NCBI GenBank assembly: GCA_020137815.1
Contig: CM035350.1
Location: forward strand, 930,001-994,000
Direction of reading: 5' to 3'
DNA length: 64,000 bases
Source of the DNA: Hormiphora californensis
Lineage: Eukaryota; Animalia; Ctenophora
This document shows, one piece after another, positions 14,025-31,860 of this stretch (positions are counted from its first letter, which is position 1; each line of letters opens with the position of its first letter). The notes under the pieces were generated by a model that ran no database searches, had not been told where the DNA came from, and saw only the letters and a list, made by a program, of their open reading frames with translations. Both the position numbers and the translations under genes were made by a program.

Positions 14025-17000
14025 ATGACCTCGTGCATCCTAGCACTCTTTCTGGTAGGAGTAACATCCAATATTCTACAGATTTCCACTTCTTCAACCC
14101 CTTTTGAGCAGTCACCTACAACCCAGCTTCGAGAATCGGCTCATAGCTCTTCAACCCCTTTTGAATGGTTTAGTACAAGAAAGGTGACTCCAGTAAGTCC
14201 CCAGTGGTTGTAAAATTGTGGCAATCTTTGGGTTTCTGAAGCGTTTCTGTGGACATTATATGTTTAAGGGAGAGCCAATTGGGAATGAGGCAACCCTCGA
14301 CCACATACCCGACAGGCTGACGAGTTCCAGACAGCTTGATCTTGTCCGTGGTTCATACCCAGAGTTCCTTATTCAGTGTGCAAGATCCTCCCAATACTTC
14401 ATATGGAAGAATAGTTTCTATAGCTCGGGCGATGGCTTCTTGGTGGACATCCAGTTGTCTGAAATGTGTCCTGATGATCCTGGAGTTTACCAGGCATGCG
14501 GAATCGCACTAGAAATTGGCATATACAAGTTCGTCGAGAATTCCCTGGCACTATGTGGAGCCCAGCTATGTATTGATGCAGAGGATGTATCAGGCGATGG
14601 ATCCAAACCAAACGTGGATGGATACGGCTTATGCCCGGTTGATGAAACCAGTAAAGCTTGTGATCAGAAGTGCTCTACATTTGATTGTGAGGATGAGGCG
14701 ATATGTAATGGAGTGAGCTATGGGATATTCTGTTATTCTTCTACACATGAAGACATTGTCAGATATGTCAACCCTTACCAGGTATGTGTTATACATTATC
14801 ATGATTATAGGTACAATTACTACGAGGTCGTTAGGCCAGGCACATGCCACGCAGTGCAAGTGCGTATGTTTGGTAATATAATTATAGCAAAAACTGAAAC
14901 TAATAATTCTTTAGATGTGCAGCAAGTTCAGTCGTTTTTGTGATAATGGCGAGGATACGAGACGTTGTTTTGTTAAAGATGGAACGCCTGGTTCATGCGT
15001 CACAATGGAACAGTGAGTATCATAACTTAGGAACATAACTAGTTATCACTCATTAACAATATGATTTCAGCATCATGAATTACTCCATCATGATACGTGA
15101 GGAACAGAGGTGTGCTGTACCTCGCTATGACCCAATGTGAGTATGGGGTGTCCTGCACTGTCGGCAGAAAGAAAAGAATCAATGCGCTGACAAGGTGAAA
15201 ATTTCCCCAACCGTGCGTGACAGAATGTAGTAATAAATTTTTCCAGTTTTATCAAAAATGACCTTTTACAAAAAATGGAGACCACATTATCGAAAGATAA
15301 TCGTCTAAACTTTCAGAAACTATATTGAGAATTTGTGACACTCCATTTTTAAAGGTCTCAAACCACGTCGGAAAATGACGATAGTGCATGTTTCGCCATA
15401 GCTACCTAAAATATATTCCATCGATCTCAGAATTAGTACCAAAATTATCTATGCCAAAACTTAAAATATTCCAAAAGCTAACAAAAATTAGTTGGCTGGA
15501 AAGGAATCCGAAGGTCTGTGGCGGGTAAATCCCGGGAGAGGGCAAAGGTGTCAGCATGAAAAAAGTGGCCACCTTTCCAGCCAACTAATTTCTGTTAGTT
15601 TTTCGCATAATGGAACCTATACCAACACTGAGGTGTCATATAATGAACTTCGAACGTATATCAAGTTACATGTGCTAAGTAATGTACTAAGTGGTGGTTG
15701 TCATTCACCAGAATTTTCTTACAGGACTCTCTTAACTGATGGCTTCTTAAAAACCTTGTGCGTTCAACCTGAGGGCCTTGAGCAAACGAACTGCACCGAC
15801 TTCACCCGGCTACAAATAGTGGGATGCACCCTTGAGGGGTACCCCACCAACATCTCCATCTTTGGCACGTGTAAAGACTACCCCCTCTGTGATGACAACT
15901 ACAACAACCTCTGCAAGGAGGTGGATAGTGGATGCAATTTGCACTAAAGGACAACTCTGTGATGGCACAAACGACTGCTCCTCGGGAGCTGATGAAGCCA
16001 ACTGTCAAATGACTCAAAACTTTATCTGTGAGAGGAGGTTCCATACAGTGTACTCAGAGAGACGACCTCTGGCCCTCCCTATGTCCTGGGTTATGGACGG
16101 GATTGTGGACTGCCTAGACAGTAGTGATGAGGTGGAGAAGAATTGGTTAATCTGTGGACAGGGCATCATGAAAAGATACGATGAGCTAACAAAGGACAAC
16201 TACTGTCAAGATGTACTAAAATGCGATGGAGGTGAGTACATCAGAATGGGAGAGCTATGCGATAGGGTCAATACTTGTCCCTTTGAGAACAGGCTATGTA
16301 GCGCTGTTATTGGAACCATGTATGGTAGCAACTACGAGGTGGCAGTTCACGGTGAGAATCTCTGGATGGAGCACTGCTTCCCACACCGTGTTCCAGATTT
16401 GGAACAACAGCTGGGGCATTGTGGAATGGTGGAGCACACTGCAGGACTGGTGAAAAGTGTGTTTGATGACGATGTGCAAAGCCCAATTATGGTGACTTTG
16501 CCCACCGACCAGAGAAGAGATTGTTCTTATATGTACGGGGAAAGCTATGTGTATGCGGCATGCAATGGCCGATGTAAGGAAATGACGTGTCCGTTAGAAA
16601 GAGCTACCCGAAAATCCTGTAACAACTTCCTAAGAGACAGGGTATTCGCTCTCGCTGCTCAACAATCGCCAGACCTAGTTCCAATGTTGATGGATCACAA
16701 TAGTTTTGGGAGATATGAGAAGCGGCTATTTCCCTGCCAGAATCATAATTGTGTAATGTACCGGGATGTCTGCAACCTTCGTGATGACTGTGGGGATGGT
16801 TCTGATGAGCGGGAATGCGGTAACAATCACACCTGTGGGAGTAGTAGTGTTCTCCCGCTCTACTCGGTGTGCGATGGGAAGGTGGACTGTCACGACTTCT
16901 CAGATGAATGCCAGGCCCATTGCCCTGCGTCTAACATGAATATTTATCCCAATGACTTCCTCCGGGGTTCCAGCTACATCATTGGAGGCGTGGCCACCAT

Positions 17001-18414
17001 ACTGAATTTCATAAACTTTGTGAGAACTATTTTGGATATACGGAGACTCAACAAGTTTGAAACGTTCATAAATAAGGCAACCATATTGTTGGTTTGTGTC
17101 GGTGACTTCTGCATTAGTTTGTATCTTGTCGGAATATCTGTAGCAGATTTCTACTTTAGAAAAAGAGAAGATTACTGTTATGAACGGTTCCTCTGGTTAA
17201 CCTCTGCGTACTGTTCTGGACTGGGAATTCTGGGCACATTCGGCTCTCAGTTGTCCCTCTTTGCTATAACCAATCTGAGTTTTATCAGACTTTTTAACGC
17301 CCAAAGGATGGTGAAGAGAGGCCTAAAATCTGTTAAATCAATTACAAAAATGGTAATAATGATAACAACCCCAATAACTTTTAGCATCATAGTCGCAGTT
17401 ATACCCGATCTTGCGATCTTTGAAGATTACTTTGTCAATGGTCTTTACTATGACAAATCGCCACTATTTGTTGGTCCCATTGACAAGGAGGGGTTCTATG
17501 CAGCATTCAATGCCCGGTCCCCTGGAACTGCTACCAAGTACAACCTGGAGAGTTATTCGATCATTGGTGGAGGACATGTTCACATCTGATCACGGAGGTA
17601 ACACCAAACTCTATACTTACATCTTTTCTCATCAAGTTTCTATCAAGTTTAAATATTTTTCTCTGCCCGGGTGGATGCCTTCGGCAACTAACAACGAAAA
17701 TGATTCTTGTCAACGCGAACTCTTTTTCAGGTATCCCCACAAGACCATTGGATTCTATGGGAATGACGGAACCTGTGTATTCAAGTATTTGGTGACTCCA
17801 GACGATCCACAGTGGATCTTTTCTATTTCGATTGTTACAATCAACTTCCTCTGCTTCATTTCGTGGCCACCAGTTACGCCATCCTTGCAATACTAACAGG
17901 AAGATCTGCTCGAGGAGCCGGTAATGCTCAGGCAGAGAAAAGACAGCTGACATTGCAACGGAAAGTTACTGCTATCATCGCCACCGACTTTTTCAGTTGG
18001 GTTCCTCTCTCTATCGTGTCCGTCCTACACTTGGGAGAAGTCATCCAGGCTACGTCGTGGTATGCATACTTCTCAATCTTGATCATACCAATAAACTCTG
18101 TGATTAATCCTCTCCTTTACGACTCCCTTATTTTTGAATACCTGGTCCAAAAACCGATCGATATGGCAAATCGGGTCTTAAAAAAAGGATCTTCAAGACT
18201 TCTTCGACATTTTCCGCTCGCTGGATTGGAGGAAGAACAATGTGGAGCAACACGACCGAGAAGATGACCTGAATGTCCAGGAACCAGAGATATTTGTTAA
18301 TGAGATAAATTCGGGTCACGAAATCATTGAACGATTTGAACTGACACAGAAAAGTGGACTTGGATACAATGACTTTGCACATGGTGAAACCACTGTAACT
18401 GCCTTTACAGAATA
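14025..18414 (+). CDS. LDL-receptor class A repeat-containing rhodopsin-type GPCR (GRL101/RXFP-like architecture); multi-exon, with several frameshifts (pseudogene or sequencing errors)
   Basis: Signal peptide at 14025; LDLa motifs (CDGTNDCSSGADE, CNLRDDCGDGSDE, CDGKVDCHDFSDE); 7TM with GDFC, SQLSLFAITNLSFIR, IIATDFFSWVP, PINSVINPLLY. Confidence 0.8.
15481..15596. repeat. Hairpin within a probable transposon remnant in a GPCR intron
   Basis: aaattagttggctggaaagg ... cctttccagccaactaattt, 20-bp inverted repeat. Confidence 0.55.
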
Positions 18415-18779
18415 GGAAACAACAGATGCAGGACGGCCATTTGGAATCCGATATGTACCAATAGCTGCACACCTCATAAGGTTGAATGAGGTATCAAGAC
18501 TATAGTGCACTGTTAGACACTGTTACATTAGCAGAAATTGACTTTCTGGGACACACAGCAGGATTGATACAGACAATAAATAAAGAGATCTGACCAAGAA
18601 TTAAATGTGCTGTTAATGAAAGAAGTGCTGTTAATGAAAGAAGTCAGAACTATCAAAACTGTTGCAACCTGTTGTAAGCTTTTTGTCGTTGTTTTAAATG
18701 TATGATGCATTATATTGTACAAACTGAGCACTATCCTAGACTCCCATACCCTGCATGTAAATGTGACACTACTCACTTT

Positions 18780-19205
18780 GAGGTTTACAGGTTTACAAGG
18801 TTAACAAATAGATAGTTTTATACAATAAAAAGGGCTTCCCATAGTGGGTCCCCCATAAATTATTTAAATGCTACTCCATACCGGCCTACACAGATATTAG
18901 ACATGCCGGAGAGAGATTGTTAGGGAGTACCGGGTATCCCCTAGTGGGGGGTCAGTCATTGAAGGTGTTTAGGAACTTCCCCAGCTCCGCTTTGAATTCA
19001 CCCAATGATTGACAAGAGTTAAAAGATTTCGGTAGACAGTTCCACAGATGGGCCGCCCGACAGCCGAATGAGTTATCGAGCTGATTTGCCCGTTTAGTTT
19101 CAGCTCTATAAGGATAAGGTGGTGGTATAGCCTCAGGGTCGTTTGGAAGATAATATCAGCTGAGATTGGAACCAGCTCATTGTGAGTCTTCCAGGAATGA
19201 ACCAT
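18780..19205 (-). mobile_element. Degenerate 3' fragment of a CR1/L2-like LINE
   Basis: Minus frame DNSFGCRAAHLWNCLPKSFNSCQSLGEFKAELGKFL matches the F..R...WN.LP....SL..FK..L ORF2 C-terminal motif; stops and frameshifts; short tandem tail (taaacctg). Confidence 0.65.
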
Positions 19206-21073
19206 TCAAATTCAATTTACCACTCCTATTATAAAGAAAACATGCAGCAATAACGTAAGTGCTGTTGTGATATGTGACACTGATGAGGTTACATTGCAAT
19301 TTCTATGTTAGATGAAATGTGATCTGATAACTGATAGCAGCAGACCTGAGACAAATTTGCAAATCATGCCCATTATAATACGCAACCATGAAAGAAGGTG
19401 ACCCCTTAGTTTTACTCAGAGTTACCAATAGTTGTTTTGTTCAAACCCTTTTTGGGGAGGGAGGGAGGGTCGAACAAGGCAAACCAAGAGAAGCTGCCGA
19501 AGAGAGAAGGGCGTGATTATAATCTAGATGCCTTGCAGCCAGTTTCCACGTTCGCGCTAGCAAAAAGAGGACACTTTTATTTACAGGACCGACTTTTTTT
19601 AACGCAACCACATGGCCATTGGCCAATTTGGGTAAACTAAACGTTATCTGATAGATATAAGATAATCGATAGCGCTGACCGATAACCCTAAACAAAACCC
19701 TAACAGGCAGCCCTAACCCGTCTCGACCGCCGAAATTGATGAGTTGTTTGCACCCAGTTTTAAAGTCCGTTTCAAGCGACTTGACCCGTAATTCTTGGAA
19801 TTTGGCGCATTGCGCGTGTATTTACAAAGGGGAAATCCTGAATTTCCAGGAATCTCAGGTCAAGTCGTTTGAAACGCACTTTAAATTTTGCGAGAGCTAA
19901 AAAAACACTTTTGGAGCTGGACTGAACTGCCGCGCACAGTGGACCCAAACGCGCGATTTGGGACAAATGATTTGCGCAAGTGACATTTGCGCGGTCGATG
20001 ACCTGTCGTTTTTTGCCTTTTTCAGGAAAACCAGAAACCTTTGAAACCCCAAGTTTTTTTTGACTGTTAGGGAATTGTTGTAGGTGTATGCACCTTGATT
20101 GGGTAGGCGTAAATGTGCTTATTTAGCCCAGGAGATCAACAATAGTGATTTTGACCATTGTGGAAAATAAAGCAACACGCCTATCGAGTAGCGTATCATG
20201 CAGCTACTGAAAGAAGCGTTGGAAGTCCCCCTTTAACCTCCAAAAAAAATCTTACTCCGCCCTATTCTAGTTTTCTCATAATTGGAACAATGGTGAACTC
20301 GGTGATGGGTGTGAACCCACAGAGTCTCGCGGGAACGCTGCGCGTGGAAGGAAAGAACGTTCTAAACGAGTGCTTACAGTACTTACGTTTGTACTCCGTT
20401 TGTACAGCTCGCGCGGTCATATCCAGCTAGTGTTTGTGCGGAGAGTTGAACTTCCCCATCTAAGAGCTCTCAGGACTCAGTGTGGAAATGAGACAATCCC
20501 AGTATTTTCCCACCGAAGATTTTGTGATTAGGCACTGAATATTTGAAATTAATATATGAATAATCATTCGAGCTTGTGGTGCATCTGGCAACGAGCCGTG
20601 GTAAAACACAAGGATTTGTCATGTTTGAGATTTTAAAATGCACGGAAATCGAAGAGGAGATTTCTCCACATCTTCCATCACCTGGCCTAATTTCACGGGC
20701 CAGAATAAAACCCTATCAGCAGCCCGAAACAAATAGAAACAGTGGGGTTCAATTGTTGTAATAAGTAGGATTACTAATAAGTTACACACAACTCTGAAAT
20801 ATATGTTTAATTTAAAACTCTTTCACAGAAAGCAAAATCGATTACATTATATATTCGGGTAACAAGAAACATTTAGGCAACTCGGGACGAACTCATTTTC
20901 TCACTACAGGTACAACAGACACCAAAGTTTGGTTATTCATCCTTAACTTCAATCAGATGTTCCCATTTTATAGAACAAGTTTGAAAACACACACTCACTC
21001 CGGTAAATAAACGCATGTGTCCCTTGAATTGTCCGACGATATTGTAACATAATGATATGTTAACACGACTCAC

Positions 21074-21161
21074 GTATAGTGTTTCTCTACTGACACCACT
21101 AATCATGGCGGGTTTCACTTCAAAGGAGCTATATCCTACTGTTACCTGAAAAGAAGGGTAA

Positions 21162-21258
<97 letters not shown>

Positions 21259-21552
21259 GCCTGGAAGGGGAGGGCTTGTAAACAAAAGGTAGATGGGAGG
21301 TTGGACCACTTTCATATTGCACACATATTGAAGGTGACATGCATCATGGGACAGAGAGTTTACAGTGCTAAGGGGAGAGGGCCGGGAGGGGTTACATTTA
21401 AAGATCGAATCATGTCATACCTTGGCAAGGCGTTATGTGCCATTTCGTTGCCCATGTGTTGCCTGAACCGCAGTTTCTCGCCAGGCATGCCCACGGAGGT
21501 ATTGTTGGATTCGTGCCAGGAAATAACCAATCGGTTCACTCTTTATCACTCC
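21074..21552 (-). pseudogene. GARS1: Glycyl-tRNA synthetase pseudo-exons (21552-21421 and possibly 21145-21074)
   Basis: GVIKSEPIGYFLARIQQYL, then after a frameshift VGMPGEKLRFRQHMGNEMAH, matching the GlyRS KLRFRQHMxNEMAHYA motif; bounded by AG and GT; rest of gene absent. Confidence 0.7.
21164..21253. repeat. (GA)n microsatellite
   Basis: Direct reading; similar tracts at 28594-28708 and 59440-59712. Confidence 0.95.
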
Positions 21553-21739
21553 CTGGGGGATTGAAAAGACGTGGAATTGTGGATAATCATCATCCAGGGT
21601 ATGTAGTGAGAGGGAGAGAGAGAGAGAGAGAGAAACAGAGAGTATATCGATTTATCAGATTTGAATTAAAACTCAAACAGGCTCGCGCTCACTACTTATT
21701 ACCTACCATTTGCTTAGTCCCTCAGAAGGTCCCAAAATG

Positions 21740-22610
21740 AACTGGGTGTGGTTTGACTCCTCATCAAGACTCCTTCCCCGCAAATCACATCTCAATTCTC
21801 AGCTCAGGCACATCTTCCCCATGCAATCGCGGAGTTATACAGTATACTGTAAAAATATGGGATCAGCACCTGGGGAGGGGAGGGGTGAGTTAGAAGTGAG
21901 GCCGTGGGTTTACACAGGGAGATCAGCAAAACCATAAACCAAATGGCTAATTTTTGCAAGTAACTCTAACTTTCTCATGTAGTAAAAACAAATAACTAAC
22001 TCAAACAGACTCACTACTCTTAACCTACCATTTTTTTAAAGTTATCGGTCATCAGAACTCTTGTTTACTCTGTCTAACTGGGTGTGTTTTGATTCCTCAT
22101 CAAGGCACCCTAACCGCAAATCACATCTCAATTCTCAGCTCAGGCACATCTTCCCCATGCAATCGCGGAGTTATACAGTATACTGTAAAAATATGGGATC
22201 AGCACCTGGGGAGGGGAGGGGTGAGTTAGAAGTGAGGCCGTGAGTTTACACAGGGAGATCAGCAAAACCATAAACCAAATGGCTAATTTTTGCAAGTAAC
22301 TCTAACTTTCTCATGTAGTAAAAACAAATAACTAACTCAAACAGACTCACTACTCTTAACCTACCATTTTTTTAAAGTTATCGGTCATCAGAACTCTTGT
22401 TTACTCTGTCTAACTGGGTGTGTTTTGATTCCTCACCCTAACCGCAAATGACATCTCAGCTCAGGCACATCTTCCCCATGCAATCGCGGAGATCTGGGGA
22501 GAGGAGAGGTGAGTTAGAACAGCCGTGGGTTTCCACTTAATAGGGAGATCAGCAAAACTATAAATCAAATTGCTTATTGTTGCAAGTAACTCTTACCTCC
22601 TCATGTAAGC
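21740..22610. repeat. Tandem segmental repeat, 336-bp period, about 2.5 copies
   Basis: gggatcagcacctgggg at 21859 and 22195; third copy degenerate. Confidence 0.9.
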
Positions 22611-23435
22611 AGTAAATCAGAAATCAGTGAGATGAAACGGCAATTGTAGTTGTGAGATCCCTTTCAGAAAATCGTTATCAGTCACAGTTCACACACCGAG
22701 GAGTAACATTATCATTGCTAAATTATACACGTTAATCAGCATCTGTAGCCAAAGTGAGGGGAGTGAAAGTGGGAGAAACGGGAGAGCTAGAGTTAACAAA
22801 TTATAATGGAGGATCCACGAGATGGGAATTTCTGCACTGTATGTTGTGTTAACTGTGTAATTTATTTGAACTTGATACTAACGATATTCAAGCAAATTAA
22901 TCCGATTTAGGAACACACTAAACAGATCAGAGTGTATCGGGATGGCTCACACCCACTTAAGATTCGCGATTGTACACACTGGGACACAGTGTGAGAGAAA
23001 ATGCGCAAAGTTATTTCACAGAGATTCCCAGAACGCGCGATGGAAAGCTGAAACTCTTAAAAATGGTGTGCGCGGACTTTCATTTGCGCGTGCAATTTCG
23101 GGGCTCAAAACCTGTCCGCGTGGGTCCACTGTGCCGCGCGGCCCCTCGATCCGATCTGGGCGGCGATAATTTCTTATTTTACCGCAGGTTACGTTCAAAA
23201 GCGTCGCGTTGTTTAGTGCGCGCGGCGACATGTCGCAATGCGACTGAAAAAAAAGATTTCTGTTTGTTGTTCGAATTTTAAACCCCTGCTTTCGAAAAAA
23301 AAACCCTCTGACCTCTGTTTTCGAACATGAAAAAGCGCCATAACACTATCCACAGCCCACATGGTACTGAGAACTTCGATCTTTAGTGGTAGGATTGAGT
23401 TTTAAATACTTTTTCGAGCTGAAACATATCTTTTC

Positions 23436-25368
23436 GGCCCATAAATTATGGGTAAGCGGTAAAGGTTGACCCGTCTCCTGAGAATTATATTTTTATTTGG
23501 CCATAACTCAGCCATTTCTTGACCAATTTGCAAAATATTGGGCTCGTTGGAAAGAGGACATTGAGCTCTTTCATATGAGCCCAATAAAATGAAAATTGGC
23601 GCAAATTGCGCGGCTTTGCGCGGCGCAATGGCGCAAAATGCGCGTTTTCGCCACTACGCCGCGCAATATGCGCCAATTTTCATTTTATTGAGCTCATTTT
23701 AAAGATCTTAATGTCTTCTTTCCAATGAGCCCAAGATTTTGCAAATTGGTCAAGAAATGGCTGAGTTATGGCCAAAACAGTTTTAAATTCTCAGGAGACG
23801 GGTCAACCTTTACCGCTTACCTAAATTATGATAGCGGGGGACGAGCTGTACCTCCGAAACGGTGATAGTTGTGCAAAAACAAACTACGGGAACATGCTGG
23901 AACAATTCCTGGACGGCTTTTTGCAAATTATGAAATTTTTATTCAAAAGTTCATTTTTCATTCATGAACTTTCTACACGTTCATTAATGAATTAAGAACT
24001 CTAATTTACCGAGAGTGAGGAATTTTGTTTGGGTTGAATTTATCTTTCCAATGAGCACCATAAAAATCAAATTGAAGCACCAGGTCACATGGCAGTTGAG
24101 AAAATGCACATGCATGATTTTGGCTCTTCCTGCGACTTTCAATCGGCTGTATCACGGCTACCATTTGTTCAATCTTTTTAAAAATTTGGGTGAACATCGG
24201 ATAATCAAAGATCTTTCCTCACAAGAAAAATCAAGGTCAAAACTCAAAGTTCATTTTCAAGTGTTGGTAGTTCATTCCACTCATTCAGGAACCAACATCC
24301 CTAAAGTGATGAAAAGTGATGGGTTTTATTTGGCCCATACCCTGCAACGATAGAGAGCTGTAAAAATACTTTTCCAGGCTAGTTAGTGGGTGTCCATGTG
24401 ACATGATGATATCTGACACCTTTTCTGAGCCATAATTGAGGGATTTTCTCAAATGCAAGCATGTGATTTGAGTTTTTGCGATTGGTATCGTGCAGCAATG
24501 TTGAGAGATCTCATAGCACCTCAAAAATGATGATTAGTTCAATAAAATGAGTTGATTTATGATAGAAAATGATCGTTTAGTTCATTTTGACGTCTGTTTT
24601 TATCTTTTCTATCATAAATCAACTCATTTCATTGAACTAATCATCATTTTTGAGGTGCTATGAGATCTCTTACCCATTGTTGCACGATACCAATCGCAAA
24701 AACTCAAATCACATGCTTGCATTTGAGAAAATCCCTCAATTATGGCTCAGAAAAGGTGTCAGATATCATCATGATCACATGGACACCCACTAACTAGCCT
24801 GGAAAAGTATTTTTACAGCTCTCTATCATTGCAGGGTATGGGCCAAATAAAACCCATCACTTTTCATCACTTTAGGGATGTTGGTTCCTGAATGAGTGGA
24901 ATGAACTACCAACACTTGAAAATGAACTTTGAGTTTTGACCTTGATTTTTCTTGTGAGGAAAGATCTTTGATTATCCGATGTTCACCCAAATTTTTAAAA
25001 AGATTGAACAAATGGTAGCCGTGATACAGCCGATTGAAAGTCGCAGGAAGAGCCAAAATCATGCATGTGCATTTTCTCAACTGCCATGTGACCTGGTGCT
25101 TCAATTTGATTTTTATGGTGCTCATTGGAAAGATAAATTCAACCCAAACAAAATTCCTCACTCTCGGTAAATTAGAGTTCTTTGTTCATTAATGAACGTG
25201 TAGAAAGTTCATGAATGAAAAATGAACTTTTGAATAAAAATTTCATAATTTGCAAAAAGCCGTCCAGGAATTGTTCCAGCATGTTCCCGTAGTTTGTTTT
25301 TGCACAACTATCACCGTTTCGGAGGTACAGCTCATCCCCCGCTATCATAATTTATGGGCCACCTTGTA
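23436..25368. mobile_element. Large foldback element with about 760-bp inverted arms, centre about 24590
   Basis: Near-perfect inverted arms (mirror ORFs 24015+ and 25161-); right end ...TATGGGCCACCTTGTA resembles a Tc1/mariner terminus. Confidence 0.85.
23451..23821. mobile_element. Mutator/MULE-like MITE with 9-bp TSD, inserted into the arm of a larger foldback
   Basis: TIRs GGTAAGCGGTAAAGGTTGACCCGTCTCCTGAGAATT; TSD TAAATTATG at 23442-23450 and 23822-23830; internally palindromic. Confidence 0.85.
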
Positions 25369-25876
25369 TAGTGTGAGAGCGGGAAGAGTCACTTAAATGA
25401 CTCTAATATAAATGTTGAAGTTCATTTTCATTTCATTTTGCATGTTTTGTTAGTTCATTAGTATTACCTTGTTTTCTATAACCCCTGGTTCCTCTTTTTT
25501 TGCAGCTAATGCAGAATGCTACTTACTACTAGTGTTGTTTAAACCGCTTTAGGAAACGGTTTCCTTGAAACCGTTGATGTGAACTGTATAGTTTCACCTC
25601 TCAACATTGCATCACTTTTATTGGTGTATGGTGTAAGAGCGGGACGAAGTTATATCTTATTTGTTTGACTTTGTGATAAATTGTGCGTAAACTTAAACTT
25701 AAACATAAACATAAAATGTCTCCACTTTCCCAAAAAGTGACATAAATCTGCTAATGCCATCATAATGCTATTTAAAAGTATTACAAGAATTGTATTTTTG
25801 TCAGTACAGCAGTTTCATCGTCATTCGTCATTATGATTCCTTGTTAATCTTGTAACCTACTAGGCAGGATGGCTAG

Positions 25877-30846
<4,970 letters not shown>

Positions 30847-31045
30847 TACTACTGTGGGATTATTATCCTTTACTATTCAATACTGTGTGGGAGACAACAA
30901 GTCCGGAACTGCGCTGGAGCGATGTCAGGAGACATAGACAATGATTTATACAAACCCAACTTTTTATTGTTTTTGTGCTTTTTAACCAACCCCGTATCCC
31001 CATAAACACGGTACACCCCGTACTGATTGAAAGACTATATCATTT

Positions 31046-31078
<33 letters not shown>

Positions 31079-31565
31079 TGTGTGATACTAGTGGAGAGAG
31101 TGTGTGTTTTCCTTTAACCCTCTTCTGTCATGTATTTATTGTTTTACATTTCCTGAGCCATATCAAATTTCGTGTCTGATTGGGACCACATCCTCCCTGA
31201 TTAATTGACCCCCTGTGTGGCACGGAAATTGGAAAACCTGCAGCAGCTGTCCTCTCTGCAGCAGACCCGAGACTGCAGTAAAGCGCGCGAATCCTTGTGT
31301 TATGCAAAGTGGGGAATTGTGAGCGCTCCCACCTCCGTTTATCACGTGGTACCGGTCACGTGACTGTTTATTTGGTGATTTAGGGGGTACCAAGGTCCAA
31401 ACACGGTCTTTTACAGCTATAATACATCCAGGGCAATTATACATCAATGTTCCAGTACATAAAATCAAACATATATCTCTCTGCACACGCTATGTACAAA
31501 ACTTCATCCCGCAGTCTCTCTCTCTCCAGTATCATGTTCTAGTATCTCTCATATTGTCCCGGTAT

Positions 31566-31813
31566 TTAGAAGTTATCTGTCACATAGATGATCTTGTGCT
31601 TCTCCACCGTTTCGATATCCTTCTCCAATTGTCGCATCTCAGCCTCCATCCGCTCTTTCCTGAAGAGGGAAAGTGGAATAATGACATTGTTCATCATATC
31701 GGCATCCGAACTCATTTCATCTCATATTTACACATCTGACAGCTGACTGGGCAAGTACAGGGAAATAGACATCCTCGATAATTAAACCAGACAACAACAT
31801 ATGTACGAACACG

Positions 31814-31860
<47 letters not shown>

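Noticed and set aside
22040-22060. CTGATGA in the 336-bp tandem repeat (possible hammerhead ribozyme)
   Set aside because: No stem II-GAAA-stem III arrangement follows
24006-25170. Identical ORFs on opposite strands (also 32753/32764, 33691/34631, 59844/61317)
   Set aside because: By-products of palindromic elements; no protein motifs
31311-31328. GGGGAATTGTGAGCGCTC resembling a lac operator
   Set aside because: Only a half-site with no other vector sequence; probably chance
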